NCBI GenBank assembly: GCA_050084515.1 | Contig: CM114271.1 | Location: 10,912,001 to 10,976,000 of the forward strand | Origin: Blasia pusilla | Taxonomy: Eukaryota | Reading direction: 5' to 3' | DNA: 64,000 bases | In this document: positions 1-12,492 of the stretch, piece by piece | How the letters are laid out: every line of letters begins with the position of its first letter | Position numbering within the stretch: the first letter of the stretch is position 1 | Position numbers and translations under genes: made by a program | Notes under the pieces: generated by a model | What the model was told of the DNA's origin: nothing | Database searches by the model: none | What the model saw: the letters and a program-made list of their open reading frames with translations, nothing else

Positions 1-3000
1 GATCGCTTCACGCACTACAAGTTAGAGCTCATCCTCGCTTCTTCCAGTTAGAACCAGGAAACATCCCGTGTCACTAAGATATGCGTTGGCAAAGGAGAAC
101 ATCAACGCGATCTGGTCATATGTGAATGGGGTGTTTCAATCCGGGACTATGTCGCGTGGGTTTTCTGCCCACAAATCTGAGCCCCAACGGTAGATTTACG
201 ATGAGGAGGTCAACTACAACCTCCTCACGTACCCCATTGATGGTCCATGGGGCATGGCCGCCTCGCAGAAGCTTACATCCCAACAATGTTAGCTTCTCCA
301 AGGCAAGCGTGGACTCTTGTGATGAGAACTTCTCCAATTCTTCCAGCAACGATGTCTGATGCAGCAAGATGGTGATTTGTGATACTCCATCCTTGTGCTT
401 CCCCGACAATGAGGGAGTGTAGACAACATTCGTGTCCCCTCCTTCAGAGAAACCGGGAGTCTCCCTTTTTTGCTTCTTGCGAGTGGGGTGCCTGCTTGTT
501 GGGATCTCTATGACATCGAAATCCACAAGATTCGGTTTGGAGGCCTCCCGTAGCCGTCCTTCTCGCCTTGATGATCGTGCATTGCATGGTTTGGGGGCCT
601 TAACCTTGGATTTCAACCCCGCATTGGACTTGTCTTTTGTCGTTACTGTTTTTGACAAAATCTCCGCCGCCTCAATTGCTTGTGCCTCGGCATCCCCTTC
701 GAAGTACTCCTCTGTCTTGAAAATGTTTGGGATGTCCTCCTAGCCAACAGCTAGCGCATTATACAAGTCTCGCATTGCTGGGTCAGTGAGCTCATTGGGG
801 TCATTGAAGTCCAACTAGATTGGTCAGTTGAGCACTTCCCAAGGACTCATCTTGTGGGCCATCTCCATGTCATACATGGAGAATCCTTCACCATCCGGAG
901 TATCTGCCCATAGCTTGAGCGCCGCCCGAAACTTCCTCCATGTTCCTGCGTTCACACAGGAGGTCAAGAATCTGAACACCATCCTCTACGCAACTCGATG
1001 GTGGGATAAAACGACAGCTTGATCTTGATGCTCTTTCTTCTTTTTCGCGAAGTCCCGTTTCTTCGGCTCGACAATCTCCTCGTCGATATCCCCCTACGCT
1101 AGAATGTGGTTCTTGAACATCGTCTTGAACCCAGGATTCTTTGTCAACTTATCTCGGATGTCATTCAACCACAACTCAAACTCCTCCCCCGATTTGAGGC
1201 TAGCCTCCTCCGGAACCGGCTGAATTCTCTGCAGGTCGGCTTGAAGGCATTCAATCATTGACTTTCCCAGCAAGCGCAAGGCATCCCATAAGGACCACTC
1301 TCATAGCCATTGGGAGATGACTGGGTCCGACACCCCCGATGAATGGTGTGCCGATTTTTTCTTTGCCTCCGTTCCCTCTAGACTGATTTTCATCAGTCAC
1401 GTGTGTGGGGATCCTCGTCCCTCTTTCGCTGCCTCTTGATTATGGCCTTCAACTCTTTGTAGAAGTCGGGCCCGAGCTTGGGGTTGAGGACAGCGATGTA
1501 CTGCTGCATCTTCTTTGCAATGTACCTGGTCGACGCTGACACCACAACTTGAATGAACTTGGCTCTCTCAGAAGCCGAAACATTCCCTCTCTGCTCTAGC
1601 TCTAGTGTCGCGCTTCTTTTCGCCGCCTGGATTTTTGACCAGTTGAGTATTGTAACAACTGCATCTTGGGAAATGAATGTGTTGGCCCACGTCTTCTTTA
1701 TTTGCGCTCCTTTTGCGAGCATCTCATCCACCAACTCCTCTCCGAGGAATCCTTTGTTTTGCGACGGGTGTGTTGTAAGAACCTTCCTCACTTGGTCACA
1801 TTCCTGGATCCAGTGATGGGTAACATTCCCTTTGGACACAAAGCTGCAAACATCAAGGAGAAGTAAGAAAATTTACAACTTGCAACTTGTCAATTTTTTA
1901 CGGGTTGGAAGTAGACGAACAAAATGACAGCTATTGCCAACCCGTCAAAGTCCCACAGGATGCTCCAAGAGCTTTCTTGGTGCAATCCGTTGGAAACGGA
2001 CGGTTTGCATCCAGGTCCATCTAGGTTGGGTTGCAACCCATTGGAGTCCATCGGGTTGCACCTCGAGTAAAGTAAATTCAAAAATTCAATCCGTCGAAAA
2101 TTGACGGGTTGCAAAGCCACCCAGACCGGGTTTTAAGTTTGCATTGGGGTTCAGGATTCTGACGATAGTGTTTTCACTTGCAACTCGTCGGAGTCCGACG
2201 GGTTGCAAGAGTTCCTTGCTTGTGCAACCTGTCGGAGTCCGACGAGTTACACAAATTGGGAACTCAGAAAGCCGAGTTTGATTGATCTTGCAAACCACTC
2301 AAACCAAGCCCTTTCCTACCTCATCTACAACCCGTTGGACTCCGACGGGTTGCAAACCACTCAAACAAGGGTGTTTCCAACCGCATATGCAACCCGTCGA
2401 AGTCTGACAAGTTGAATGTTCTTTACGGAAGGTCTGGGTCTACATGGCTTTGCAATCCGTCGGAGCCCGACGGGTTGCATAGCAAACCCAAGCAAGAATC
2501 CTTCTGTAAAGATCATGCAACCCGTCGGAGTCCGACGGGTTGCATGATCGGCCACTCAAACCACGCCTCTCCTGAATCTCCAACCCGTCGGACTCCAACG
2601 GGTCGTAGGCTTGTTCTACAGGGATGGCCACACTTGAGATTGTGCAACCCGTTGGACTCCGACTGGTTGCCAGGAAACTCAATAGAGAGCCAAAAGGAAT
2701 TGCAAATATGCCATCAAATTCTTCCTCTTGCAACTCGTCGCCTTCCGACGGGTTGCAGCTATGGTTAACGATGACTTGATTCTTGAGTCCGACGCGTTGA
2801 AACCGGTTCATTTTCAGGAAGAAAAGATTTAGGATACTTACGTGTTCATGGAGTGCATGGAAATTTCCACCGTGGCCACGTGCTTTGGGTAGGGATGGAG
2901 GACCACCGCCCTCTTGTAGAAGTGGGCCTCAAGGGAGTTTGGACGCTCCGCTGCAAACTGCGACCATCCCTTAAATCGGTGGTTGCCATCCTAGATGAAA

Positions 3001-4100
3001 AAGTACAAGTTTTGTATCTACTTATAGTGGGTTCGTGCCATTGCCTTCCGGAACTCCACGTCCCTCAACCTCCAAAACGCATCAAGACTCTCCAGGTCTT
3101 CCTCCGTTACCAAAGCCTCGGTTCCATGCTCATCATACGGTTGAACATAGAAAGGTGGGAAGCTATCAACGTATGAAGTTGTTGCCACGGACTGCTTCAA
3201 CTTGTCGATGTCTTCCTCTGATTAGATTTCTCTGACGTATTCCATCGTTCAAAGTCGGAAAAGAGGAATCCTCGAGGCATTAGGGCCATCCACCAATGCC
3301 ATCTGCTTCACCACCTGCGCAAATGTCACACTATCAGTTCAAATTTTCCAAACGACTGGCACTAATACAATGCGGAGAGAAATGTAGAATAATGCTTACC
3401 TGCAATGAAGACCTCAAGAATGGCGGCTCACCCTACTTTCAAAATTGAATCTGTCATTGCAGGTTACTCACTGTCTTACAACTTTCCTATGCTCTTCTCG
3501 ATTATCTTATGGAATTCCAAAATCACAAGACTCAACCCTCATCCCTACTGTTGCCCAATAAGATGTTACACTCAACTCCACACATCAGAAAGCATGAGAA
3601 AAGACACTTCTAGTGCATCAAAGAGTGGAAAGACTAGAAAGTATTGCAAGCTTCAAAGAGTACAAGACTCTTCGGCTTGGATCATCCCCTAAGAACTCCT
3701 TACACAACTCACCAAGACTACTGGTAAAATCAAGATACCATTTCCATCTTTCAAAACCTCCGCGACGGTTCATTACCTATAGTCTTCGCGGTCTTCACAG
3801 TCCTATCTTCTCGATCCTATCTTTGCGATCCTATCTTCGCGGAGACTCTTATCCGAATGCGGTCGCAAAGAGTCCTCCTTCGACTTTCCTTCTTTCTGCT
3901 TTCTTCCAAAACATTTGTTCTCTTTGTATTCCTCTACTTCCTACACCTTTCCGCTTTTTGTGAAGACTCTTGAATTCCTCTTCTTCTTCCTCTTCCTTCT
4001 TAGAGTTCTTAATCTTTGCTCTTAGGTCTTCGGTCTTTGTACCCTGTCTTCGCACAAAGACTACCTTCAGTCTTCTTTTGCAAAGAAGCTTTTTCCAATC
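1..4100 (-). pseudogene. Copy 1 of the MULE cargo gene (ParB/Srx-like + N6/N4-MTase-like), a diverged subfamily, running off the window start
   Basis: Exon 2 is 3314-2842 (DGNHR at 2990-2976) and exon 3 runs from 1843 off the edge (VDLLIVNLPLGL at about 214-179). GT-AG introns at 3399-3315 and 2841-1844. Peptides are colinear with copies 2 and 3. Several in-frame stops. 3400-4100 is a charged, low-complexity probable exon 1 and is poorly supported. Confidence 0.8.
1935..2805. repeat. Array of about 14 copies of the 29-bp palindrome in intron 2 of copy 1
   Basis: Repeated GCAACCCGTCGGA-N-TCCGACGGGTTGC. A perfect 19-1-19 palindrome lies at 2511-2549. Confidence 0.95.
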
Positions 4101-4720
4101 TTCATCTGTCGGTTGATAGGTCGGTAATCTCCGCACATCCGCCCATCCGTCCAATTGCCATACATATCCTTCTTTGCCGACATGACTATGGCACATGCAT
4201 ACTCCACATGTGATAACTCCACAAGTCATGCCTCCAACAAGTTGTGACTCCTGCTCTGAACCAAGGCTCACTCCATGTCAAAATACTTGTAGGATCGACA
4301 AAAGATTGGGGTATCTCTAGCCAACTCAATCTGTATCGCGGGACCCTTCAACGTATCCAAGTCTCTCATATTGAAGGCAAAACAATTGACATGCCCTCTC
4401 AAAAACCTATGAACCGTCACTCTCCTCCTATCAACTTGAGACCTATCACAAGCTCCCAAGTCTCCATCGTGACCTCACTCGGAGAAGACGCAACCTCCGG
4501 CTATGTAGCAACCCAGCCACCTCCGCAAAAACCACTCCACTCTGACCTCCTACACCATGCTCCACATCCAAAAAATGAACATATGCTGCTCTGGCTGCCT
4601 TCGCACTCTCCGCTCGAACAACGTCCCATGAAGCCCATGGGTGCATATTTCTCCTCATTCCGCCCCCATCCAATACATGTACAGACCCTATAGGCAATGC
4701 TCCAACTCGTGGAAGTGACA
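4100..4720 (-). mobile_element. Ty3/gypsy pol fragment (linker and start of reverse transcriptase), probably the DNMT-carrying family
   Basis: Minus-strand translation FAFNMRDLDTLKGPAIQIELARDTPIF...SAKKDMYGNWTDGRMCGDYRPIN matches a gypsy RT N-terminus, with stops. Confidence 0.75.
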
Positions 4721-4722
4721 GC

Positions 4723-5042
4723 TATTGAAGATTGAGTTACAGTCAAGCTCTCGATATACCTGAACTGCTACATTTGCTACTTACATGAAGTAGGGAAGCT
4801 TAATCTTGGTTAGTCAGTTAAGCGTGATTATCTTAACTAGGGTTAGTTAATCACAGTTAGTCTAACTTGAGACTATGGTTAAGGTTAGGGTTAGGGTTTC
4901 TTGTACATATCCTATATAATTGAGAAGGGGACTAGCCTACACTCATTCTCTCATTGAAAATTTTGTTCTCCATGGTGGTGTGTGAGTATGAGAGCCGTTT
5001 CCCACCAAGTATGCTTCTTTAGCAGTTTTCCACATGGTATCA
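4723..5042 (+). mobile_element. Copia LTR (4723-5034) with a partial primer-binding site TGGTATCA (5035-5042)
   Basis: Reverse-complement match to the LTR at 36282-36593. Ends in CA and is followed directly by TGGTATCA. Confidence 0.85.
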
Positions 5043-5049
5043 CACTGAT

Positions 5050-6370
5050 AGGAGAACATCACTTGAAATTCTTGGTGTTTGAGGAGAGAAGAGTATCCAA
5101 TACCCGTATTTGACGTAGCAAATTCCGGAAGCATTCAGGATCAGCGAGAAATGCGAGATTTTCCCAGAGTTGTTTCTCCTCACCAACCGTGATCTCGCCC
5201 TGCCCAAGGATTCCCAGCATTTGTTCACAAATTTGTGATGTTGTTGTTAACTTGATCACTCCGGGCTTTGATCCCGGAGAGTTTCTATATATCTCGGCCA
5301 CTTTCTTTGCCACATCCTCCTTGATGTGTCTTTGAATTGCACCGGTAACATGATGAATGTGGGAGCCAACATGAACTTCCAGCCTTGTATACTCGGATGT
5401 AGACCTGAAGTCAAGCACAATAAAAAATATGTATGCAGGACACGCTCCAACGCAAAAAGGGGATGTCTGATAATGAGGACATTGATGGCCTTCCGGCGGT
5501 ATGGTCGCATCGACCTCATATGGAGTTTTTGCATTCTGAGGGCGGAATTGCAAAGTATTGACTGGCCCATTGCGCTCTAGATACAGGCATGTTGGACTTC
5601 TACACTCCATGGCTCCAACATATTAGCGGCGAGAAACAATCCAAGGACCATCTGGAATTGAAGCACTAGTCCGTCGAAGCCTGCACCATCGATGACAATC
5701 AGACTTTCTGTCCATACCCTTCAAGCGTCCTCCATCTTTCTTTTGAGCAGGACCAGCAAGTGGAGGCAAATTAAGAAATGAAATTACCATCGTACGTGGG
5801 CGGAAGCTCATCCACAAGAATATGCTTGAACATTTTAAAGGCCAGAGACGAGAACAAACTATTGCCTGATACTTGCAAGAGGAACGAGTAGGTAGATAGA
5901 GGACCCGGTTGGTGTCCGACAGTTCCATTGAGGTTGACGACATCCGGAATGTCTTCAGAAAGTACAACATTGTTACGAATGTGTGAAGTTGGAGTTGATG
6001 CCGGATCTAATAAGCTCGGAGTTGCAAACATAGAGCTCGGTGCACTAGGAAATTCTCGACCATCTACTTGGGAAACAGAGGAATTCAGAGGCAAGCCGGA
6101 AACTCTATATTGACCATTTGCTAGAGGTAGGAGATTCCATACTTTATGGTATGCAATCAATGGCTGGATTTTCTCACCTATTATGTCCTCCATACCGTTC
6201 ATCCTAACATCCTTAGACACAAAGATGGTTCCAATTTGGAGAAGAAATTGAACTGAAAGAAAAATTTCATCCACTGGTATGAAAGACTCACAAGCTTGTG
6301 GTCAAACTATTTCTGATTGAGGAAGGGCCGCTAGATGATTGCCATAAGTGAGCTTCACATAATTATCCAT
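5050..6370 (-). pseudogene. MULE transposase N-terminal part (Cys/His zinc-finger DNA-binding region), truncated
   Basis: MDNYVKLT start near 6370. ECRSPTCLY...CPHY...C...HVGSHIH is colinear with 58650-59900. Frameshifts and stops present. Confidence 0.8.
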
Positions 6371-6399
6371 TCCCAAATGATTCCACCGGGTGGAGAATG

Positions 6400-6920
6400 A
6401 GAATAAGAATAAGAATGAGAATGAGAATATTTAATTTGTGGTGAATAGTGACCGTTATTCTCCTGACAAAATTTGATTAACAAGATGTTGTTTGGTAGGT
6501 GAGATTTTCTAACGAAATGGATTCAATCCTGTTGCAACATGTCGGAGTCCGACGGGTTCCAAATTTTGGGACTCAGACACGTGGATTGCAAAGCCACCTT
6601 TTGTAAGAGTTCGAGTGCAACTTGCAACCCGTTGGGTTGGTACCCCCCGCCTAAGATTAAGAAAAAGAATGAGAATGAGAATGTTTAATTTATAGTGAAT
6701 AGTGACTCAGATTCTCTTGACATAATTTGACTCACAAGATGCTGTTTGGTAGGTGAGATTGTCTAACGGAATGGATTCAATCCTGTTGGAACCTGTCAGA
6801 GTCCGATGGGTTGCAGAATTTGGGAATCAGACACGTGGGTTGCGAAGCTCGGAGTTCCATTTTCTGTTAGTGTCCCAATGCGAGTTGCAACCTGTCAGAC
6901 TCTGTTGGGTTGGTACCCCC
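6400..6920. repeat. About 255-bp tandem duplication upstream of the transposase start, each unit with GAGAAT repeats and palindromes
   Basis: 6412-6650 aligns with 6666-6920. Confidence 0.8.
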
Positions 6921-7139
6921 TTCTTGTCTGACCAATATGATTTGAGTCGAGATTGCTAGCATCAAACACGAGACGTCGCATGGATTTGCTACGGCAACCT
7001 GTTGGGGACTGTTATGGAATCCAAAGGAACCTAACCTTGCTTTCCCTTTTGCATCTCGCATTGATTTCTCTTATTCAATTAACTGTGCAAACCGTGAGTG
7101 CAGTTTTGTCGTATGTTGGGAAGTGTCCAACTTCGGGTA

Positions 7140-7720
7140 GACCTTGTAACCCGTCAGAGGGCAACGGGTTGCCTCGGAACTATGCTTTGTCGCATTGTTA
7201 CCCGAGGGAGAGAAAAGCCTGCAACCTGTCGGTATCCAATGGGTTTCCCGGGTACCTCTCCTTGTAACCCCAAGATGAGGGAAGCGTGCAACCCGTCAAC
7301 CTCCGACGGGTTGCACGGATACCTCGCCTTGGAACGCCAACATGAAGGAAGCGTGCAACCCATCGGCCTCCAACGGGTTGCGCGGGTATCTCGCCTTGTT
7401 ATCCCAAGACGAGGGAAGCGTGCAACCCCCTGGTCTCCGACGGGTTGCGCGGGTACCTCGGATTTTTATCCCAAGACGAGGGAAGCGTGCAACCCCCCGG
7501 TCTCCGACGGGTTGCGCGGGTACCTCGCGTTGTTACCCCAAGATAGGGGAGGCGTGCAACCTGTCGATCTCCGACAGATTGCCAGGGTAGCTCGGCTTGT
7601 TACCCGAGGAGGACGAATGCGTGCAACCCATGGGTCTCGGAGAAGTTTCATGGGCAACTCGCCTGCATCCCCAAGCCGCGGGAAGTGTGCAACCCATCGA
7701 AGACCGTCGGGTTGGCCGGG
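7140..7720. repeat. 67-bp tandem repeat built around the 29-bp palindrome (intergenic region of copy 2)
   Basis: Palindrome centres at 7301, 7368, 7435, 7502 and 7569, with similar linkers. Confidence 0.9.
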
Positions 7721-7806
7721 TTCCCACGTCCAAAGTTCCATAACGGTCGAAACATCGCCGTCGATACGACAGTGCGACCCAACGGTCAGCTCAACGGCTC
7801 AAAAAG

Positions 7807-7814
7807 TATAAATA
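7807..7814 (+). promoter_or_regulatory. Putative TATA box of the cargo gene
   Basis: TATAAATA about 300 bp upstream of ATG 8111, conserved in copy 3 at 57648-57655 on the minus strand. Confidence 0.55.
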
Positions 7815-7999
7815 GCCAATATTTCGCTCATTTCCATTTTTTGTTTCACGATTTTATGTGCTCTTGAGCGCAGCAGCTGACCACATACCAAGGGGAGTGA
7901 GGAGGGTGAGGGCGCTTCATCACGAAACCGTCACGGTAGTCTAGGGTCACGTCGATTCATCGCGAGACCATTTGGGGGAATTTTTGTGCACGGTCTAGG

Positions 8000-8077
8000 G
8001 TCTCTTTCTCTGCACACGAATTCCCTCGAATGGTCTCGCGAGACCATTCGAGGGAATTTTTGTGCAGAGAAAGAGAC
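8000..8077. repeat. 78-bp spacer-less palindrome in the putative 5' UTR
   Basis: 39-bp arms centred on TCGCGA, with 2 mismatches. Confidence 0.9.
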
Positions 8078-9337
8078 TAGACTGTCGAGGAGGAAGCATT
8101 AACGGGAACCATGACAAGGAAAAAAACGCAAGCAAGCAAGGTAGGGAGCATCACTCCCAAGTCCATGAGGACTCCTGCGTCACCATCTCCAGGGCCTCGT
8201 TTGGCCAATGAGATAAGGCAACAAGAGATAGAGGAGCGGGAAAGGGAAGCAAATATGCACAGGCGGGAGCTTCTTGCAAAACATGTTTTGGAGGCGCTCG
8301 AAAAACAAAATGCCAAGGCTGAGGCATCGTAGGCCTTGAAGAAAAGAGTTGCCGACGAGAAACGTGAGAAAAAGCGTTTGGACGCGTACGTGAGGAGAGC
8401 AGAATTGGAAAAATCTCGAAGGGAAAAAGCGATTGCCATTGAAGACAGCCCTGCCCATCCAACAGAGAGTGTTGAGATCCAGGAAATATCCCCAATGAAG
8501 TCTGGGGACACCACGAATAGAAAATCGGCTGAGGAAACGGCCGAAGTTCAAGTCACGGATGATGAGGTCATGAGGACGGCAAGCGTGGAGATGGTGGACA
8601 TCTCTGAAGAAGCAGGAGAAAAATCTTCCTCGTCTTTGAGCCTGGCCGAAGAAATCGCCTTTATCGGCTCGATGAGTTTCTATTGGACTTGCCAACTGCT
8701 GTCCCAGAGCAGTTGGCGGGCCAAGACACCGACCCAATCTTTGAGCGGGTAAGAAATGTTTGAGTTATGTGAAGGTCCATGATGCAATTCATTGGCAAAA
8801 CAGTGTAGTTTATTGACTTGGTCCCCATTGTGGCAAGTTGTTAAGCAGATGGCACTGATGGAGGGCCAAAATGCCCCGAGAATTTCACTTTTCCAATTGC
8901 GGACAATGGAGTACGTCCGCGAAATTCAATCGGAGGAGGATATTGCAAAGCTGAAACAGTCAGAAGCGACAGCATCCTACGTTGATAGCTTCCCTCCGTT
9001 CTATGTTCAGCCTTACAATGAACATGGAACCCAAGCGCTGGTGACGGAAGAGGACTTGGAAGCGCTCGATACATTCTGGAGGATGAGAGATCAGGAGTTC
9101 AGAAGAGCGATTGAGGGGACGCAATGTAGCTGGATGCGGAACCTTTACTTCTTCATATGGGATGGAAACCACAATTACATGGCATGGACCCAGTTTGCAG
9201 AGGAATGCCCAAATTTATTTGAGGCGCATTTTTGCATTAAGGCAGTCGTGCTCCATCCATTTCCTCATCACATGGCAACGGTGGAAATGGCAATGATGTC
9301 ATGAATACGTAAGTTTCCTCTTCCTTAATTTTGATTG

Positions 9338-10040
9338 CTTCAACCTGTCGATGTCAAACCGGTTGCATAATTGGAAAGCTTCAACCAAACCGTCAAAGTC
9401 CAACGGGTTGCCTCATGGCCAAGCACACCAGAGAAAACTGGGATACCGAAACCAGTCCACCATCGACGGATGTAAAAATGAGTGCATGATGTATATGTTC
9501 TGCAAACCGTCGGACTCGACGAGTTGTTAAACTAGTGGTTACAAATCATCGGATGCCTTAAAGCAACTCGTCGGAGTCCGACGAGTTGCTAGAGTGTCGG
9601 CTATTTTTGGGATGTTTTTGGCCGAAAGCAACTCGTCAGACTACGACGGGTTGCATTTGCCCCCACGGGTAGGTGGTCGGAGTAGGAGAGCTTGCTTTTA
9701 GGCATCCAATTCCAACTTTACAAAAAATTGCGCAACCTGTCGGACTCCGACGAGTTGATATGTGCAGTTTTTTTCCAGAAACCAGTCTCCGAATGGAAAT
9801 CATCTTACAACCCGTTGGAGTCCAATGGGTTGTAACTAGACAATCACAAATCCAAGTGCAATCCGTCGGACTCCGATGTGTTGCACTTATCGCTAAAAAT
9901 TTGCGTGAGTGTTGCAATAAGTGTAGCAGAAAAAAAAGTGTTGCGACCCATCAGACCTCGACGGTTGCAATATTTTTCTCTGTGCTACTATTTCGACCAC
10001 TAGGTGTTGCGACCAGTCGGAGTCCAACGGGTTGCAAGAA
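9338..10040. repeat. Palindrome array in intron 2 of copy 2
   Basis: Degenerate units centred at 9515, 9576, 9641, 9745, 9820, 9871, 9956, 10022 and others. Confidence 0.9.
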
Positions 10041-12147
10041 CCTTGTAGCTTGCAATAATTCTTAGCGTGTGTTTGGATGTGGAGGATTGTATGTGAGGGG
10101 AACGTCACCCACCACTGGATCCAGGATTGCGAGAGGGTGAAAAGGGTGCTTACGATGCACCCGGCAGAGTACAAAGGGTTCTTGGGCGATGCTCTAGTAA
10201 ATGAGATGCTGGCGAAGGGGGCTCAAATTAAAAAGAAGCCTTGGGAAAATACCTTCATTTCCCAAGATGCAACCGTCATAATCCTTTGTTGGTCGAAGAT
10301 CTAGGCCGCCAAGAAGAGCGCTTCATTGGAACTGGAGCGAAGGGAGAACGTGTCTACGTCTGAACGTGCAAAGTTCATCCAGGCTGTAGTATCTGCAGCT
10401 ACAAAGTACACTGCAAGCAAGATGCAGCGCTACATTGCCATTCTGAACCCGGAACTTGGTCTGGAATTCTACAAGGAGCTCAAGGCAATAATCAAGCGCC
10501 AGCGGAAGAGAGACGAAGATCCATAGGGTCGGATCCGTGAGAAAGTGTCTCTGGACCGCGTTCACGGATTTGCACTGTCTGGAATTTTCGAGTTTAGGAG
10601 AATCCGATTGATGAAAATCAGTCTCGAGGACACAGAGGCCCAAAAGAGGGTGGCGCACCATCCTCCGAGAGTTTCTGATCTAGTGATCTCCCATTGGCTA
10701 CGTGACTAGTCATTCTGGGACGCGTTGCGGCTTCTCGAGAAGTCCATGCTTGTGGGTCTTCAAGTGGAGCTGAAGAAGATACAGCCAGTTTCGGAGGAAG
10801 CAAACCTCAAGAGTGCAAAAGATTTTGAACTATGTCTTGATGACATCCGAGACAAGCCCACGAAAAACTCAGGCTTTAGGATGATGTTCAAGAATCACAT
10901 CCTCCCTTAGGCAGACATGGATGAAGAAATTGAGGCCAAAAAAAGGGATTTTGCAAAGAAGAAGCGGGATCTTCAGGAGCAGGCGGCCGATTCATCTCGA
11001 CAAAGAGCTACCCAACGGATGGTGTACAGGTACCTCATCAATTGTAAGAATGCAGGTACCTGGCGAAAAATATCGGCAACCTGCAAATTGTGGGCTTCTC
11101 TGCCTGAGGGAGAGGCATTTTCCATGTACGACATGGAGATGGCATAGGGCATGTCCGACTGGGAGGTTGACAATTGCCCTATCTGGTTGGACTTCAACGA
11201 CCCTGAGGACATTACAGAAAAGAATCTACGCTTGGTGTATGATGCAGTGGTCGCAAGTAGGGACGACATTCCAAATTTCGTGCAGCCTGAAGATTTTTTT
11301 GAAGCAAATGCGGAGGAGCAAGCCCTCGAGAAAGCGGAGTTGGTGTCCAAGGTAGTCACCGCCAAGGACAAATCTACAACGGGTCTGAAAGCAAAGGCGA
11401 GGGGATCGAAGAATTCCGAAGCCGACTCTTCTAGAAAAGACATTGAGACCTCAAGGCGAGAGGCAGAATCATTCGGGCGAGTGGGGCGAGAGGGCCGGAC
11501 CAGGTCCTCCGCCAAGAAAACTCCAGTGGAGTCTGAGGTAACAGAGACCCCCACAAGCCAACCGCAGACTCGGGAGAAGCGAAAGCGGGAGGCGCCTGGT
11601 TTGTCCCAAGGAACAGATAAGGATGTGGAATACACTCCATCATCCTTGGGAAGACATAGAGAAACAACGACCAGGACAAATGTCCTCATTCACTTCACGA
11701 ATCTTGTGGATGAGCTGCAAAGTTTCAGTTCCTAGGAGTCGACACCCGCCATTGACAAATTGACCATGCTGGGACGAAAACTTCAACGAAACGGGCACGC
11801 TCCCTGAACGGTCCATGGGGTGGTCCAAGAGGTGGCGGTGGATCTCCTCATCGCAGATTTGCCCTCTGGGTTTCGCTTGTGGGACAAAAATTCGTCTGAC
11901 ACTGTCCCGGAATTGAATGTCCCTCTTTCCTACGACCAGATCGCGCTCTTGTTTTCTTTTGCAGACGCTTATGTGAGTGACAAGGGTTGTTTCTTGGTCT
12001 TGACTGGATGGAGCGAGGATGAGCTCTTCAACCTTCAGTGCATGAAGAGGTCGTTGAAGTGGAGGACAGCGCAATCATGGGTCATCAAGAACAAGTATCC
12101 AATCCGATCGGCGACGAGTCAAGTCCGGGTAAGTGCTCTTAATCCAA

Positions 12148-12492
12148 ATTCAACCCGTCAGGCTCCGACGGGTTGCATCTCTGCATGCAACCCGTCGGAT
12201 CCCAACAGCTTATGGCTGCGGTGTTGCAATCCGTTTGAAAGCGACGGGTTGCAAATTTACCACAAGTCTCCATTGAGTAAGTGCAACCCGTTGGAATCCG
12301 ATGGGTTGCAAGTACTTGTGCTTTTCCTTGTGTTTCTAGAGTGATGCAACCTGTCAGAAAGCAACGTGTTGCTCTTAGCCAACCATGGGTTGCTCTAAGC
12401 CAACAACCTGTCGGCCTCCGACGGGTTGCTCATGGCAAAAACAAAACAATTACACTTGTAAAACAACCCGTCAGACTCCGATAGGTTGCTCT
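12148..12492. repeat. Palindrome array in intron 3 of copy 2
   Basis: About 7 degenerate CAACCCGTCGG...CCGACGGGTTG units between GT at 12129 and AG at 12652. Confidence 0.85.

Noticed and set aside
7098-7811. ORFs rich in ATRRSPTG, CNPSDSDG or QPVGLRRV (also near 2200-2800, 55400-55900 and 57650-58460)
   Set aside because: They are translations of the stop-free palindrome in several frames and lie in introns or intergenic DNA.
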